DNA of 45,580 nt from an uncultured bacterium (GTDB lineage: Bacteria; Armatimonadota; Zipacnadia; Zipacnadales; UBA5352), in assembly GCA_965603135.1 (NCBI GenBank), contig CBFDBV010000001.1, positions 1-45,580 on the forward strand. Direction: 5' to 3'. Positions 8,604 to 16,895 of the stretch are shown here, piece by piece. The notes beneath the pieces were generated by a model that was not told the origin of the DNA, did no database searches, and saw nothing but the letters and a program-made list of their open reading frames with translations. The number at the start of each line of letters is the position of its first letter. Position 1 is the first letter of the stretch. A program made the translations under genes and the position numbers.

Positions 8604-10583
8604 ATGCCAACCTGGGACTTTGAGTCCAGCCGGGACAAGAAGAGAAGGCCCAAGAGAAAGAACGCGAGAGAGCAGGCCGGGAGGCCCGAGCCTGCCGGAG
8701 AGACGAAGCCGAAGCGCGAGCCACATGTCCACAGAACGAGTCGGATGGACGTGGCGGGGCCGCGACAGTTCGAGCCGGGCCAGATCGTGAAGGGCGTCGT
8801 GGTCGCCGAGAACGAGGACGGGCTCCTGGTGGACGTGGGAGGCAAGTCAGAGGGCCTGATACCGACGTACGAGTTCGTGGACCGCTCGGAAATGCCCGCC
8901 CAAGGTGAGGAGATAGAGGTCGCAGTCGTGCGCATCGCCGAAGATGATGGGACAGCAATACTATCAAAGAAGAGCGCGGACTACGAGCGGATGTGGAGCA
9001 GGATCCTGGAGGCGGCCGAAGGCGGTGAAGTTCTGGATGCCATGGTCACCGAGCGCGTGAAGGGGGGCTTGCGCGTAGACCTGGGCGTGTCGGGCTTTGT
9101 GCCGGCCTCGCACGTGGCAACGCGCGATGTGCGGAATCTGGACCGGTTCGTGGGGCGATCGCTGCGGTTGAAGGTGCTGGAGGCCGACCGGGAGCGCAAG
9201 AAGGTCGTGCTCTCCCACCGGCTGGTGGTGGAGGAGGAGAAGCGGCACCGGCGCGAGGAGACGCTGTCGCGCCTGCGCGAGGGGCTGGTGTGCGAGGGCA
9301 AGGTGCGCAGTCTCGCCGAGTACGGAGCCTTCATTGACCTGGGAGGGGTGGACGGCCTGCTGCACGTCTCGGAGATGGCCTGGGGACGGGTGGGTCATCC
9401 CTCCGAGGTGTGCAAGGTGGGCGACACGCTGCGGGTGGTCGTCCTGGACGTGGACACCGAGCGCAACCGCATCTCCCTGGGCCGGCGGCAGATACTGCCG
9501 GACCCGTGGAAAGATGCCGCTCGCAAGCTCAAGCCCGGCGCGCTGGTGCAGGCGAAGATAACGCGAACCGTGCGCACCGGCGCCTTCGCCGAGCTGGCGG
9601 ACCTGCCGCTCGAGGGGTTCGTTCCGGTGGCAGAGCTGAGCGAGAAGCGATTGCAGCAGGCCTCCGACGCCGTCAAAGAGGGCGATGAGGTTACGCTGGT
9701 CGTCCTCAAGCTCCGCCCCGACGCACGACGTATGACGCTCTCTCTGCGAGCCGCCGAGCAAGAGAAGGAGCGGCTCGAGTACCGGGAGTATATGCAGAGC
9801 CAGGAAACGGCGAAGCCCACGCTGGGCGATCAGTTCGCTGATGTCTTGGGAGTGGTGGCGGAGCGGGCTCAAGCGGCAGAGGACAATCAGGAGGTCGCGG
9901 CGGCCGAGGTGTCGGATCCAGGCCAGGAGCAGGTCGCCGAGGCGCCTGAGACGGAGTCCCCCGAGGAAGCGGCCGCAACTGAGGATGAACCCTTGGCCGA
10001 GGAGCAAGCAGCCGAGCCGGAGGCGGAGCAGGCGGAGGAAGAGGAGATGGCCGAGGCGCCTGAGACGGAGGCCCCCGAGGAAGCGGCCGCAACTGAGGAT
10101 GAACCCTTGGCCGAGGAGGAAGCAGCCGAGGCGGAGGCGAAGCAGGCGGAGGAAGAGGAGATGGCCGAGGCGCCTGAGACGGAGGCCCCCGAGGAAGCGG
10201 CCGCAACTGAGGATGAACCCTTGGCCGAGGAGGAAGCAGCCGAGGCGGAGGCGAAGCAGGCGGAGGAAGAGGAGATGGCCGAGGCGCCCGAGACAGAGGC
10301 CCCCGAGGAAACGGCCGCAACTGAGGATGAGCCCCTGGCCGAGGAGGAGGCGGAGCCGAGCGAGGAGAAGGCTGCTGAGGTAGCGCAGGCCCCGGAGGAT
10401 GAACAGACCGCGGAGGAGCCGGCAGAGGAGCCAGCCGAGGAAGCGGACGGGGAAGCCGTAACTGAGGGGGCTCCCGAAGCGAATGAGGTACCGGGTGAGG
10501 CGGATGCGGCGGGCGGTGAGGATGAGGCCGACGAGGAGGCTGCCGAGCCGGAGGAGGACGAGAGCGAGTCGTCCGATCAGTAG
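8604..10583 (+). CDS. rpsA: 30S ribosomal protein S1 homologue (4 S1 domains) with basic N-terminal and long acidic repeat C-terminal extensions
   Basis: Four S1/OB motifs: GQIVKGVVVAENEDGLLVDVGGKSEGLIP, GEVLDAMVTERVKGGLRVDLGVSGFVPASHV, GLVCEGKVRSLAEYGAFIDLGGVDGLLHVSEM, GALVQAKITRTVRTGAFAEL. ATG 8604 is preceded by GAAGGAGGA. The ORF is open from 8532. Confidence 0.85.
   Translation: MPTWDFESSRDKKRRPKRKNAREQAGRPEPAGETKPKREPHVHRTSRMDVAGPRQFEPGQIVKGVVVAENEDGLLVDVGGKSEGLIPTYEFVDRSEMPAQGEEIEVAVVRIAEDDGTAILSKKSADYERMWSRILEAAEGGEVLDAMVTERVKGGLRVDLGVSGFVPASHVATRDVRNLDRFVGRSLRLKVLEADRERKKVVLSHRLVVEEEKRHRREETLSRLREGLVCEGKVRSLAEYGAFIDLGGVDGLLHVSEMAWGRVGHPSEVCKVGDTLRVVVLDVDTERNRISLGRRQILPDPWKDAARKLKPGALVQAKITRTVRTGAFAELADLPLEGFVPVAELSEKRLQQASDAVKEGDEVTLVVLKLRPDARRMTLSLRAAEQEKERLEYREYMQSQETAKPTLGDQFADVLGVVAERAQAAEDNQEVAAAEVSDPGQEQVAEAPETESPEEAAATEDEPLAEEQAAEPEAEQAEEEEMAEAPETEAPEEAAATEDEPLAEEEAAEAEAKQAEEEEMAEAPETEAPEEAAATEDEPLAEEEAAEAEAKQAEEEEMAEAPETEAPEETAATEDEPLAEEEAEPSEEKAAEVAQAPEDEQTAEEPAEEPAEEADGEAVTEGAPEANEVPGEADAAGGEDEADEEAAEPEEDESESSDQ
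9936..10350 (+). repeat. 114-bp (38-codon) tandem repeat, 3 full copies + 1 partial, inside the rpsA 3' region
   Basis: Units start at 9936, 10050, 10164 and 10278. Units 2 and 3 are identical at the nucleotide level and unit 1 differs at 4 positions. Encoded unit: AEAPETEAPEEAAATEDEPLAEEEAAEAEAKQAEEEEM. Confidence 0.95.
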
Positions 10584-10609
10584 CTGACGCAGTCACCGGA
10601 GGGGCAGGC

Positions 10610-11248
10610 GTGATAGTTGTCGGTCTGCTGGGGCCGATAGCAGGGGGCAAGTCCGTGGTGCTGGAGACACTGGCGAGATGCGGCGCGGCGACGATCCGGG
10701 CCGACGACATCTCGCGCGAGTTGCTCGCGCCCGGCACCGAGCACCTGCACGCGGTCATTGAGGCCTTCGGGGAGGGATTCCTGGAGGCCGACGGGAGCCT
10801 GAAAAGGGCAGAGCTGGCGGCGCTGATCTTCAGGGATGCCGGGGCCCGTGAGAAACTGAACCGGATGCTGCATCCGGCGATGGTGGCGCGGATGGGGCAG
10901 GAGCTCAATGACCTCAGGCGCGACGGGCAGTTTTCCGTAGCCGTGATCGAGGCGGCGAACCTGGTCGAGATGGGCGGGCTGAGGCTGGTGGACCGGGTGC
11001 TGCTGGTGACGGCGCCCCGAGCTGAGCGTGTGCGCCGGCTGATGCAGCGCGACGGGCTGACCAGGTCCGAGGCCGAGGCGCGCCTGCGCGTGCACGAGGA
11101 GATGGGGATCGAAGAGACGGGGGCGGACTACGTCATAGAGACCAGTGGGACCGCGGACGACACACGAGCAAAGGCGGAACGGCTCTGGCGGCGGCTTGTC
11201 CAAGAACCCACGCGTAGGTCGGGCTTCCAGCCCGACAACAAGCGTTGA
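10610..11248 (+). CDS. coaE: Dephospho-CoA kinase
   Basis: P-loop start (V)IVVGLLGPIAGGKSVV and CoaE-like body (IRADDISRELLAPGT, LNRMLHPAM). GTG start. The last ~12 codons (PTRRSGFQPDNKR) are encoded by a REP-like element. Confidence 0.9.
   Translation: MIVVGLLGPIAGGKSVVLETLARCGAATIRADDISRELLAPGTEHLHAVIEAFGEGFLEADGSLKRAELAALIFRDAGAREKLNRMLHPAMVARMGQELNDLRRDGQFSVAVIEAANLVEMGGLRLVDRVLLVTAPRAERVRRLMQRDGLTRSEAEARLRVHEEMGIEETGADYVIETSGTADDTRAKAERLWRRLVQEPTRRSGFQPDNKR
11211..11236 (+). repeat. REP-like element copy a (GTAG + 7-bp hairpin)
   Basis: CGCGTAGGTCGGGCTTCCAGCCCGAC. Stem GTCGGGC/GCCCGAC with loop TTCCA. It is 24/26 identical to copy c and 23/26 identical to copy b. Confidence 0.8.
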
Positions 11249-11304
11249 GGCAAGCGGGGCGCGGGGGCGCCCGCCACGTCACCGTTCGTTAATGTCGGGT
11301 CAGC

Positions 11305-11334
11305 TTGCCTTGTCAGGCGAGGGTGTGCTATAAT
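11305..11334 (+). promoter_or_regulatory. Near-consensus extended -10 promoter upstream of the envelope locus
   Basis: TTGCCT (11305-11310), an 18-nt spacer ending in TGC, then TATAAT (11329-11334). A perfect TATAAT stands out in a ~65% GC context. The first downstream start codon is at 11606. Confidence 0.6.
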
Positions 11335-11347
11335 CCGCTGCAATATC

Positions 11348-11373
11348 CACGTAGGTCGGGCATCCTGCCCGAC
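11348..11373 (+). repeat. REP-like element copy b
   Basis: CACGTAGGTCGGGCATCCTGCCCGAC. Stem GTCGGGC/GCCCGAC. It lies about 15 nt downstream of the TATAAT box, so it would be at the 5' end of the leader RNA. Confidence 0.8.
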
Positions 11374-11605
11374 GCCGTTGGTAGAGGGCACGGACAGGGG
11401 CGACTGCGCTTGCGGCCGGTGGTACGGCAGCCTGTGTACAGAGCGCGCACGGTCACGTAAGGGTGGTGGGGATGTAGCACGCGACGCAAGACGCGCATGA
11501 CCAGACCGCTGAGGCTCTCCCGGCTCACTGCCGGGAGCCCTGGCTGCCGCTTGAGGACGGCGCAGTTGGCGTTAGCAGAAGCGTTCGAAGGAGCAGGCCA
11601 AGGGA

Positions 11606-14600
11606 GTGATCGTGTTGCAGAGGGATCGCCTCCTTCTGACACCTGTTGTAGTGATGGCCGCCGCAATCATCCTGGTTACCTGTGCCGACTCCTTTAGTGC
11701 CCCATCGCCGTTGAAGTACCCCTACGCGGGGGGCATTATGCGTACAGGCCCGCACGGCGAGAGGCTTCTGCCCTCCGTCGGGCCAGGGCCCCGGATAGGG
11801 ACGGTGGGGCGTCGGTACCTAGGAATGGAGCGCCCCGACCTGTTCGCGCACCTACGCGCAAAGCAGGGGCCAGGGCCTATCCCGGACTTCCAGCTCACGC
11901 CTACCGCTACCGCCAGTGAGGAACTGTACTCCTTCTCGGCTCCCTACGGTGAGTTGAACCGGATAGTCATCTCCAGCAACGGCGTGGATGACGACGGCGA
12001 TGGGCAGTTCGACCCGGGCGCGACCACGCAGGATGGCACCTTCAACCTCTGGATGCTGCGGGTGGACGGGTCGCAGGTAGCGCAAATCACCAACATGGCG
12101 GGCGATGAGCTGTACCCAGCCTTCAGCCCCGGTGCCCGACTCATAGCCTTCTCCTCCAACACCGGCGGTGTCTGGCAGATCTACACCGTTGAGGTGCTCA
12201 CCGGGGTCGTCACCCAGATAACCTCGAGCCCGGGCAACAAGTACGAGCCCACCTGGTCACCGGATTCCAACTGGCTCGTGTTCAGCGGCGATGAGGCCGG
12301 GAACCGTGACCTCTACATCATCCCCACCGACGGCTCTCTGCTTCCCCAGCAGATAACCACCAATCCTGCCGACGAGACGCAGCCGACGTGGGTGCCAACG
12401 GGCGCTGCCGGCGGCGTGCCGATACTTCTCACGCGCGAGGGCGCGGGCGGTACCGGCAGCCGCGTCTTCGGCATTAGCTCAAACGGCTCGAATGAAACTC
12501 AACTGAGTGACGGCGGCGGCGACCCCCAGGTCAATGACCGGGACCCGGCGTGGCGGCATAACGGCGCGATGATCGCCTTTTCGTCGGACCGGCTGACCGA
12601 GGCCACCGACCTGGACCGGGATTTCAACATCTGGACCATGAGTTCAGCGGGGGAGACCGGGGCGCTGGCTGCCACTCTGCGCAGTAACCTCGACCCCGAG
12701 GACGTGCAGGACGACCGCTATCCCTGCTTCAACCCGGGGCTGAATCCACGGGAGCCGATCCGGGTATTCTTCACCTCCTGGCGGCAGGACGCAGCAGGCG
12801 CTGAGCCGGACATCTGGCGGCTGGAGGCGGCTGACCCGGTGCCGCCGGACCTGATGGACCTGCCCTCGCTGCAGTGGCCGCGCGAAGACTACGACCGCTA
12901 TCGGGCGCCGGGCTCCGAGATAACGGTGTACGCGCAGGTCTTCGACCGTGACAGCGGCGTGGCGCAGGTGGTCGCGGAGTTCAAGGACCCCGACTCGCCC
13001 GAGGACGATAGCCAGGGAATAGATCACAAGCAATTCATTTACACGTCCACCGGGTACTATCGCTCGATCACTAGCATTCCCGGGACGATCGCGTTCGAGG
13101 TGGACTGCGACACTGTGGGTAACGCGCAACTGTTTGACGACGGGGGGCCGGACAGCGGGGACGCCGTGGCTGGCGACGGGATTTTCACGGGCAAGTGGAC
13201 GACGCCGATGTCCCCGAGCGACTACATCATTGACATCCACGTGGCCGACAACGCTGGCAATCAATTCGAGTACGACGACGTCTATGGCCTCACCACCCAG
13301 ATGTTCGAGCCCAAGACCAACGTGCTCTTCGTGGACGACTACTGTGAGGGTCAAGCCTTCCCATGGATGGCCAGCGGAGCGAACAACGACTGTCCCACAC
13401 AGGCCCCGGTGGAGAGCTACTATACTACAAACTGGGGCGACTGCGACGCGTGCTCCAGTACCGCCTACAATACCTTCCGCAGCGGCATACATGGGAACGG
13501 GTGGTTGGGAGAGCCGTACGATATATGGCGGATCATCTGCCGCGGGCCGGTAACCATTACGGACCTCGTCTACTACCTGCCTACCAAGGAAGTGCAGCTT
13601 ACCGTGCCGGATCTGACCGGCACGCGCGAGGTGCGTATCGCAGACCGCGCCGTGGTGTGGGCAGCCCCGCACACCGGCGACACCTGGGTAGCGTCGGGCA
13701 GTCTGGTGGATGCGACGATGCAGGCGACCTTAGCGAACTTCCTCGACCGCGGCGGCCGGCTCATGACCTCAGGCCAAGACATAGGCTTTGCCCTCACACT
13801 TGACGGTACTGTCCAGAACAACTTCTTCGCCAACTATCTGCACGCCAGCTATATCACCGACTCTGTTATCGCACCTAGTAACGGCGGAAGCTGTCCCTGG
13901 TGTTTTTTCGGTCCGTCTCTTGTTAGTGCATCACATCCCGAAATCCAGGGTGTTGCCGACGACCCAGTGGCTCGGCACCCAGGCTGGAACCCATATCACG
14001 ATCCCCCCCTCCTGTTCGCAAACGGGTGGTGGATACACGAACGTGTCTGTTATCCCCAAGATTCCGCCCTCTGTACGGTGTGGCCGGACGGCATTGACGC
14101 TATAGGCGGAGCCACGGTCACTCACAACTACGTTTCTACGGCAGCCGAGGTGGCTGGACTGCGCTACGCGGACCCCGCCGGCGGGTACCGCGTCGTGTAC
14201 TTCGCGTGGGGCTTTGAGCAAATGCATCGTGTGCACCAAGTAGAGACTAACTGGCCTTACGTATGCCGGAACTATCGCGCCAAGCTCATGCACAATACCC
14301 TCTGCTGGCTGCGCACCGGTGGCTTCCAGGGCCGGGTTCTGTCAATAAGCGACGGGAACCAACCTGTCGACGACCCGACACCGATCGTGCAAGTGCGCCA
14401 GGGCAACACCGTCATCGCGGCGGTGCAGTGCGAGGAGGACGGCCGTTACGTTATGGGTGGGCTGCCGCCTGGGGTCTACAGTATGAGTGCCCACCGGCCC
14501 GGGTTTGAGATTGACCACCGGGACGCCGACCGGACGCATGGCGGGCTCAATTATCCGGTAGTTGACTTCGCCATTGTCCGAGCCGAGCCGGGGGCGATCC

Positions 14601-16810
14601 GGGGCACGGTGACCTCGGCGGCGACCGGAGAGCCGCTGGCAGCGGTGGAGGTGTGCGCCTACCAGGTGCCCGTGCCTGAGCCGGAAGACGGCGATGGCAA
14701 CGGCGGGACCGCTTCCGCATCCGCGCCCGCACAGGATGGCGACGGCGATGGCGAACTGGGCGACTTGATAGACTGCACGACGACTGCGGCGGACGGGACC
14801 TATATGATCGGCAATGTCCCGCCCGGCGATGTGGATGTGGTTGCCGATGGGACCGATATCGGCTACGGGACCGAGACGCAGAGGACGACCGTGACCAGCG
14901 GCAACACCAACACCGTTGACTTCGCCCTGGAGGCGGCGCCGGGCGTCATTGTCGCGACCGTGACCGACGAGGATGGCAATCCGATCCAGGATGCGCTTGT
15001 GGAGGTGCTGTTGGGCGCTATTGTGGCGGCCAGCGGCACTACCGATGAGAACGGCGAGGCGCGCATCGAGGTCGAGCCAGGCAGCTACTCGGTGGAGGCG
15101 GAGGCCGCCGGCTACGAGCGGTCCGCGGGCCAGGGAGTTGCGGTCGCCGCGGGCGAAGAGGTTGACATAGCCATCACTCTTCAGCAGCAAGCGGACGGTG
15201 GGCTGTCGGGGCTGATCACGCGGGCAGTGAGCGGCGAGGCGGTCGGAGGCATCACTGTGGAGCTGCTGAGCATCAGCGGGGACACGATCCTGGCCAGCAC
15301 CCAGACCAGCGCCACCGTGACCGATCCGCCCGGAGCCGCGCTCCCGTACAACTACGAGTTCGTAGATGCGAACGGTCAACCGAATGTGCCCACGGGGCAG
15401 GTCATCGTGAGGCCGGACCCGGTGGGCTTCAGCGCCACCCCGCTGCAGCAGATCGTGCGCGTCGAGACCGACCAGGTGACGGATAGCGTGAACTTTACGC
15501 TGAGCAGCATTCACACGTTCCCGGCCGTGCTTCAGTTGATGTCGCTGCCGTTCGACTATCCGGCCACGGACCCGGCGACGGTGCTGGGCGTGCCGGCCAA
15601 CGACCTGAAGATGGCGGCCTTTGAGCCGATTGACGGGCGCTATCACGTGTATCCATCCGCTCCGGCGGACCGGTTCCGCTTGGGCGTAGGCTACTGGCTC
15701 AAGCTCGATGAGATACGCGAACTCTCGCAGCAGGGAATAGAGGCCGGGGACACCTGCGACATCGCGCTGCGGCTCGGGCAGTCGGGCTGGAACATTGTGG
15801 GGGACTTCTTCAGGGCGACCGTTGACTTCTACGCGCTCAACATCGTGGACGGGAACGGCGTGGAGCGCTCGATGCAAGAGGCGCTGGCGGCCGGCCTGGT
15901 GCGCAGCCCGCTGTTTGCGTATGTGCTCGGGGGCTACCAGACGTCGGCGGTGCTGGAGCCGTACGTGGGCTACTGGCTGAAGGTGGCCGACGACGTCTGG
16001 CTGATCGGTGACCGAACCACGGTCACGCTCGCGGCGGGCGAGGCGCCGGCGCGGGCGGCGGTGCTAGCGCCGGAGGACGGATGGCTGCTGCCGCTGGTGG
16101 TGAGCGCCGGGGGCATGCAGGACGCCGCCACCTTCATCGGCTGCGCGGCCAGCGCCAGCGATGGCTTCGATGTGGGCCTGGATGTGCCCAAGCCACCGCC
16201 GCCGGACATGGGGCCGAATGTGTACGCGGCCATCGAACACGGGGACTGGGGCAGCGAAAGTGGAGCCTACGCGGTTGACGTGCGCTCTGCTGCGACGGAT
16301 AATGCGACGTGGCGCCTCAGGATCTCGTGCGAGGGCGCGCAGACGGTGAGTGTGCGCTGGCCCGATATGTCAGGGGTGCCGACAGAGGCGCGGCCCGTCC
16401 TGAGCGACCCGGCAGCAGGCAGGCTGGTGTATATGCGAACCGCGCAGGGCTACCAGTTCAAGCCGCGCGGGGGCAGCCGCATCCTCGAGATCAGGCTGGG
16501 CGGGGATGCGCAGCCGGGGATGGTCGTTTCGGGGCTGGCGACGAGCGCAGCCGGGAACGGGACCGAGATATCATACACACTCTCCTCGGACGCCGAGGTC
16601 GAGGTTACGGTGCTCAACATCGCGGGGCGGTTGGTGCGGACACTGGTCAGTTCAGCCGCCCAGCCGGCCGGCGCCCAGCGCGTCGTGTGGAACGGCGCGA
16701 ACAACGCCGGGGTCAGGGCGCCGAGCGGGATGTATCTGATCGTGGTGAGGGCAAGAGCAGAAGACGGCCAGGAGGCGCAAGCCATCGGGCCGCTGACGGT
16801 AGGACCCTAG
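11606..16810 (+). CDS. Giant secreted/lipoprotein-like multidomain protein (protein A): TolB/PD40 beta-propeller + Ig-like + Cys-rich domain + CarboxypepD_reg repeats + shared C-terminal module
   Basis: Signal/lipobox-like N-terminus (AAAIILVTC|ADS). PD40 repeats (YPAFSPGARLIAFSS, EPTWSPDSNWLVFSG, DPAWRHNGAMIAFSSDR). Ig-like segment with DDGGPDSGDAVAGDGIFTG. Carboxypeptidase-regulatory-like repeats (DGRYVMGGLPPGVYSMSAHRPGFE, ADGTYMIGNVPPGDVDV, ENGEARIEVEPGSYSVEAEAAGYE). C-terminal FlgD-Ig/T9SS-CTD-like sandwich (EVEVTVLNIAGRLVRTL...GMYLIVVRARAEDGQ). GTG start; alternatives exist at 11612 and 11615. Confidence 0.85.
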   Translation: MIVLQRDRLLLTPVVVMAAAIILVTCADSFSAPSPLKYPYAGGIMRTGPHGERLLPSVGPGPRIGTVGRRYLGMERPDLFAHLRAKQGPGPIPDFQLTPTATASEELYSFSAPYGELNRIVISSNGVDDDGDGQFDPGATTQDGTFNLWMLRVDGSQVAQITNMAGDELYPAFSPGARLIAFSSNTGGVWQIYTVEVLTGVVTQITSSPGNKYEPTWSPDSNWLVFSGDEAGNRDLYIIPTDGSLLPQQITTNPADETQPTWVPTGAAGGVPILLTREGAGGTGSRVFGISSNGSNETQLSDGGGDPQVNDRDPAWRHNGAMIAFSSDRLTEATDLDRDFNIWTMSSAGETGALAATLRSNLDPEDVQDDRYPCFNPGLNPREPIRVFFTSWRQDAAGAEPDIWRLEAADPVPPDLMDLPSLQWPREDYDRYRAPGSEITVYAQVFDRDSGVAQVVAEFKDPDSPEDDSQGIDHKQFIYTSTGYYRSITSIPGTIAFEVDCDTVGNAQLFDDGGPDSGDAVAGDGIFTGKWTTPMSPSDYIIDIHVADNAGNQFEYDDVYGLTTQMFEPKTNVLFVDDYCEGQAFPWMASGANNDCPTQAPVESYYTTNWGDCDACSSTAYNTFRSGIHGNGWLGEPYDIWRIICRGPVTITDLVYYLPTKEVQLTVPDLTGTREVRIADRAVVWAAPHTGDTWVASGSLVDATMQATLANFLDRGGRLMTSGQDIGFALTLDGTVQNNFFANYLHASYITDSVIAPSNGGSCPWCFFGPSLVSASHPEIQGVADDPVARHPGWNPYHDPPLLFANGWWIHERVCYPQDSALCTVWPDGIDAIGGATVTHNYVSTAAEVAGLRYADPAGGYRVVYFAWGFEQMHRVHQVETNWPYVCRNYRAKLMHNTLCWLRTGGFQGRVLSISDGNQPVDDPTPIVQVRQGNTVIAAVQCEEDGRYVMGGLPPGVYSMSAHRPGFEIDHRDADRTHGGLNYPVVDFAIVRAEPGAIRGTVTSAATGEPLAAVEVCAYQVPVPEPEDGDGNGGTASASAPAQDGDGDGELGDLIDCTTTAADGTYMIGNVPPGDVDVVADGTDIGYGTETQRTTVTSGNTNTVDFALEAAPGVIVATVTDEDGNPIQDALVEVLLGAIVAASGTTDENGEARIEVEPGSYSVEAEAAGYERSAGQGVAVAAGEEVDIAITLQQQADGGLSGLITRAVSGEAVGGITVELLSISGDTILASTQTSATVTDPPGAALPYNYEFVDANGQPNVPTGQVIVRPDPVGFSATPLQQIVRVETDQVTDSVNFTLSSIHTFPAVLQLMSLPFDYPATDPATVLGVPANDLKMAAFEPIDGRYHVYPSAPADRFRLGVGYWLKLDEIRELSQQGIEAGDTCDIALRLGQSGWNIVGDFFRATVDFYALNIVDGNGVERSMQEALAAGLVRSPLFAYVLGGYQTSAVLEPYVGYWLKVADDVWLIGDRTTVTLAAGEAPARAAVLAPEDGWLLPLVVSAGGMQDAATFIGCAASASDGFDVGLDVPKPPPPDMGPNVYAAIEHGDWGSESGAYAVDVRSAATDNATWRLRISCEGAQTVSVRWPDMSGVPTEARPVLSDPAAGRLVYMRTAQGYQFKPRGGSRILEIRLGGDAQPGMVVSGLATSAAGNGTEISYTLSSDAEVEVTVLNIAGRLVRTLVSSAAQPAGAQRVVWNGANNAGVRAPSGMYLIVVRARAEDGQEAQAIGPLTVGP

Positions 16811-16818
16811 CAGAGGAT

Positions 16819-16858
16819 GGGGATGGGGACAGTCACCTAAGGTGACTGTCCCCCCCTC
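16819..16858 (+). repeat. Palindromic element family 2, copy 1 (13-bp perfect stem); possible terminator after protein A
   Basis: GGGGAT-GGGGACAGTCACC-TAA-GGTGACTGTCCCC-CCTCC. Stem arms at 16825-16837 and 16841-16853. No T-tract follows. Confidence 0.75.
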
Positions 16859-16895
16859 CGCAACCAGGCGTGTGTCGGGAGGGAGAACTGCGAGC

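Noticed and set aside
9706-10908. 400-aa proline-rich minus-strand ORF with internal repeats (…PRPSPLPPPASPPPRLLPPRPRVHPQLRPLPRGPPSQA…)
   Set aside because: The repeats are simply the reverse-complement reading of the 114-bp rpsA tandem repeat. The sense frame continues an S1-domain protein, and the ORF also overlaps coaE antisense.
11340-11605. Known structured RNA (RNase P, tmRNA, SRP RNA, common riboswitches) in the long leader
   Set aside because: I could not find the conserved cores: GAGGAAAGUCCGG for RNase P, a tRNA-like end with T-loop and CCA for tmRNA, the SRP domain IV motif, or c-di-GMP/SAM/TPP-type cores. It is left as an unclassified leader.
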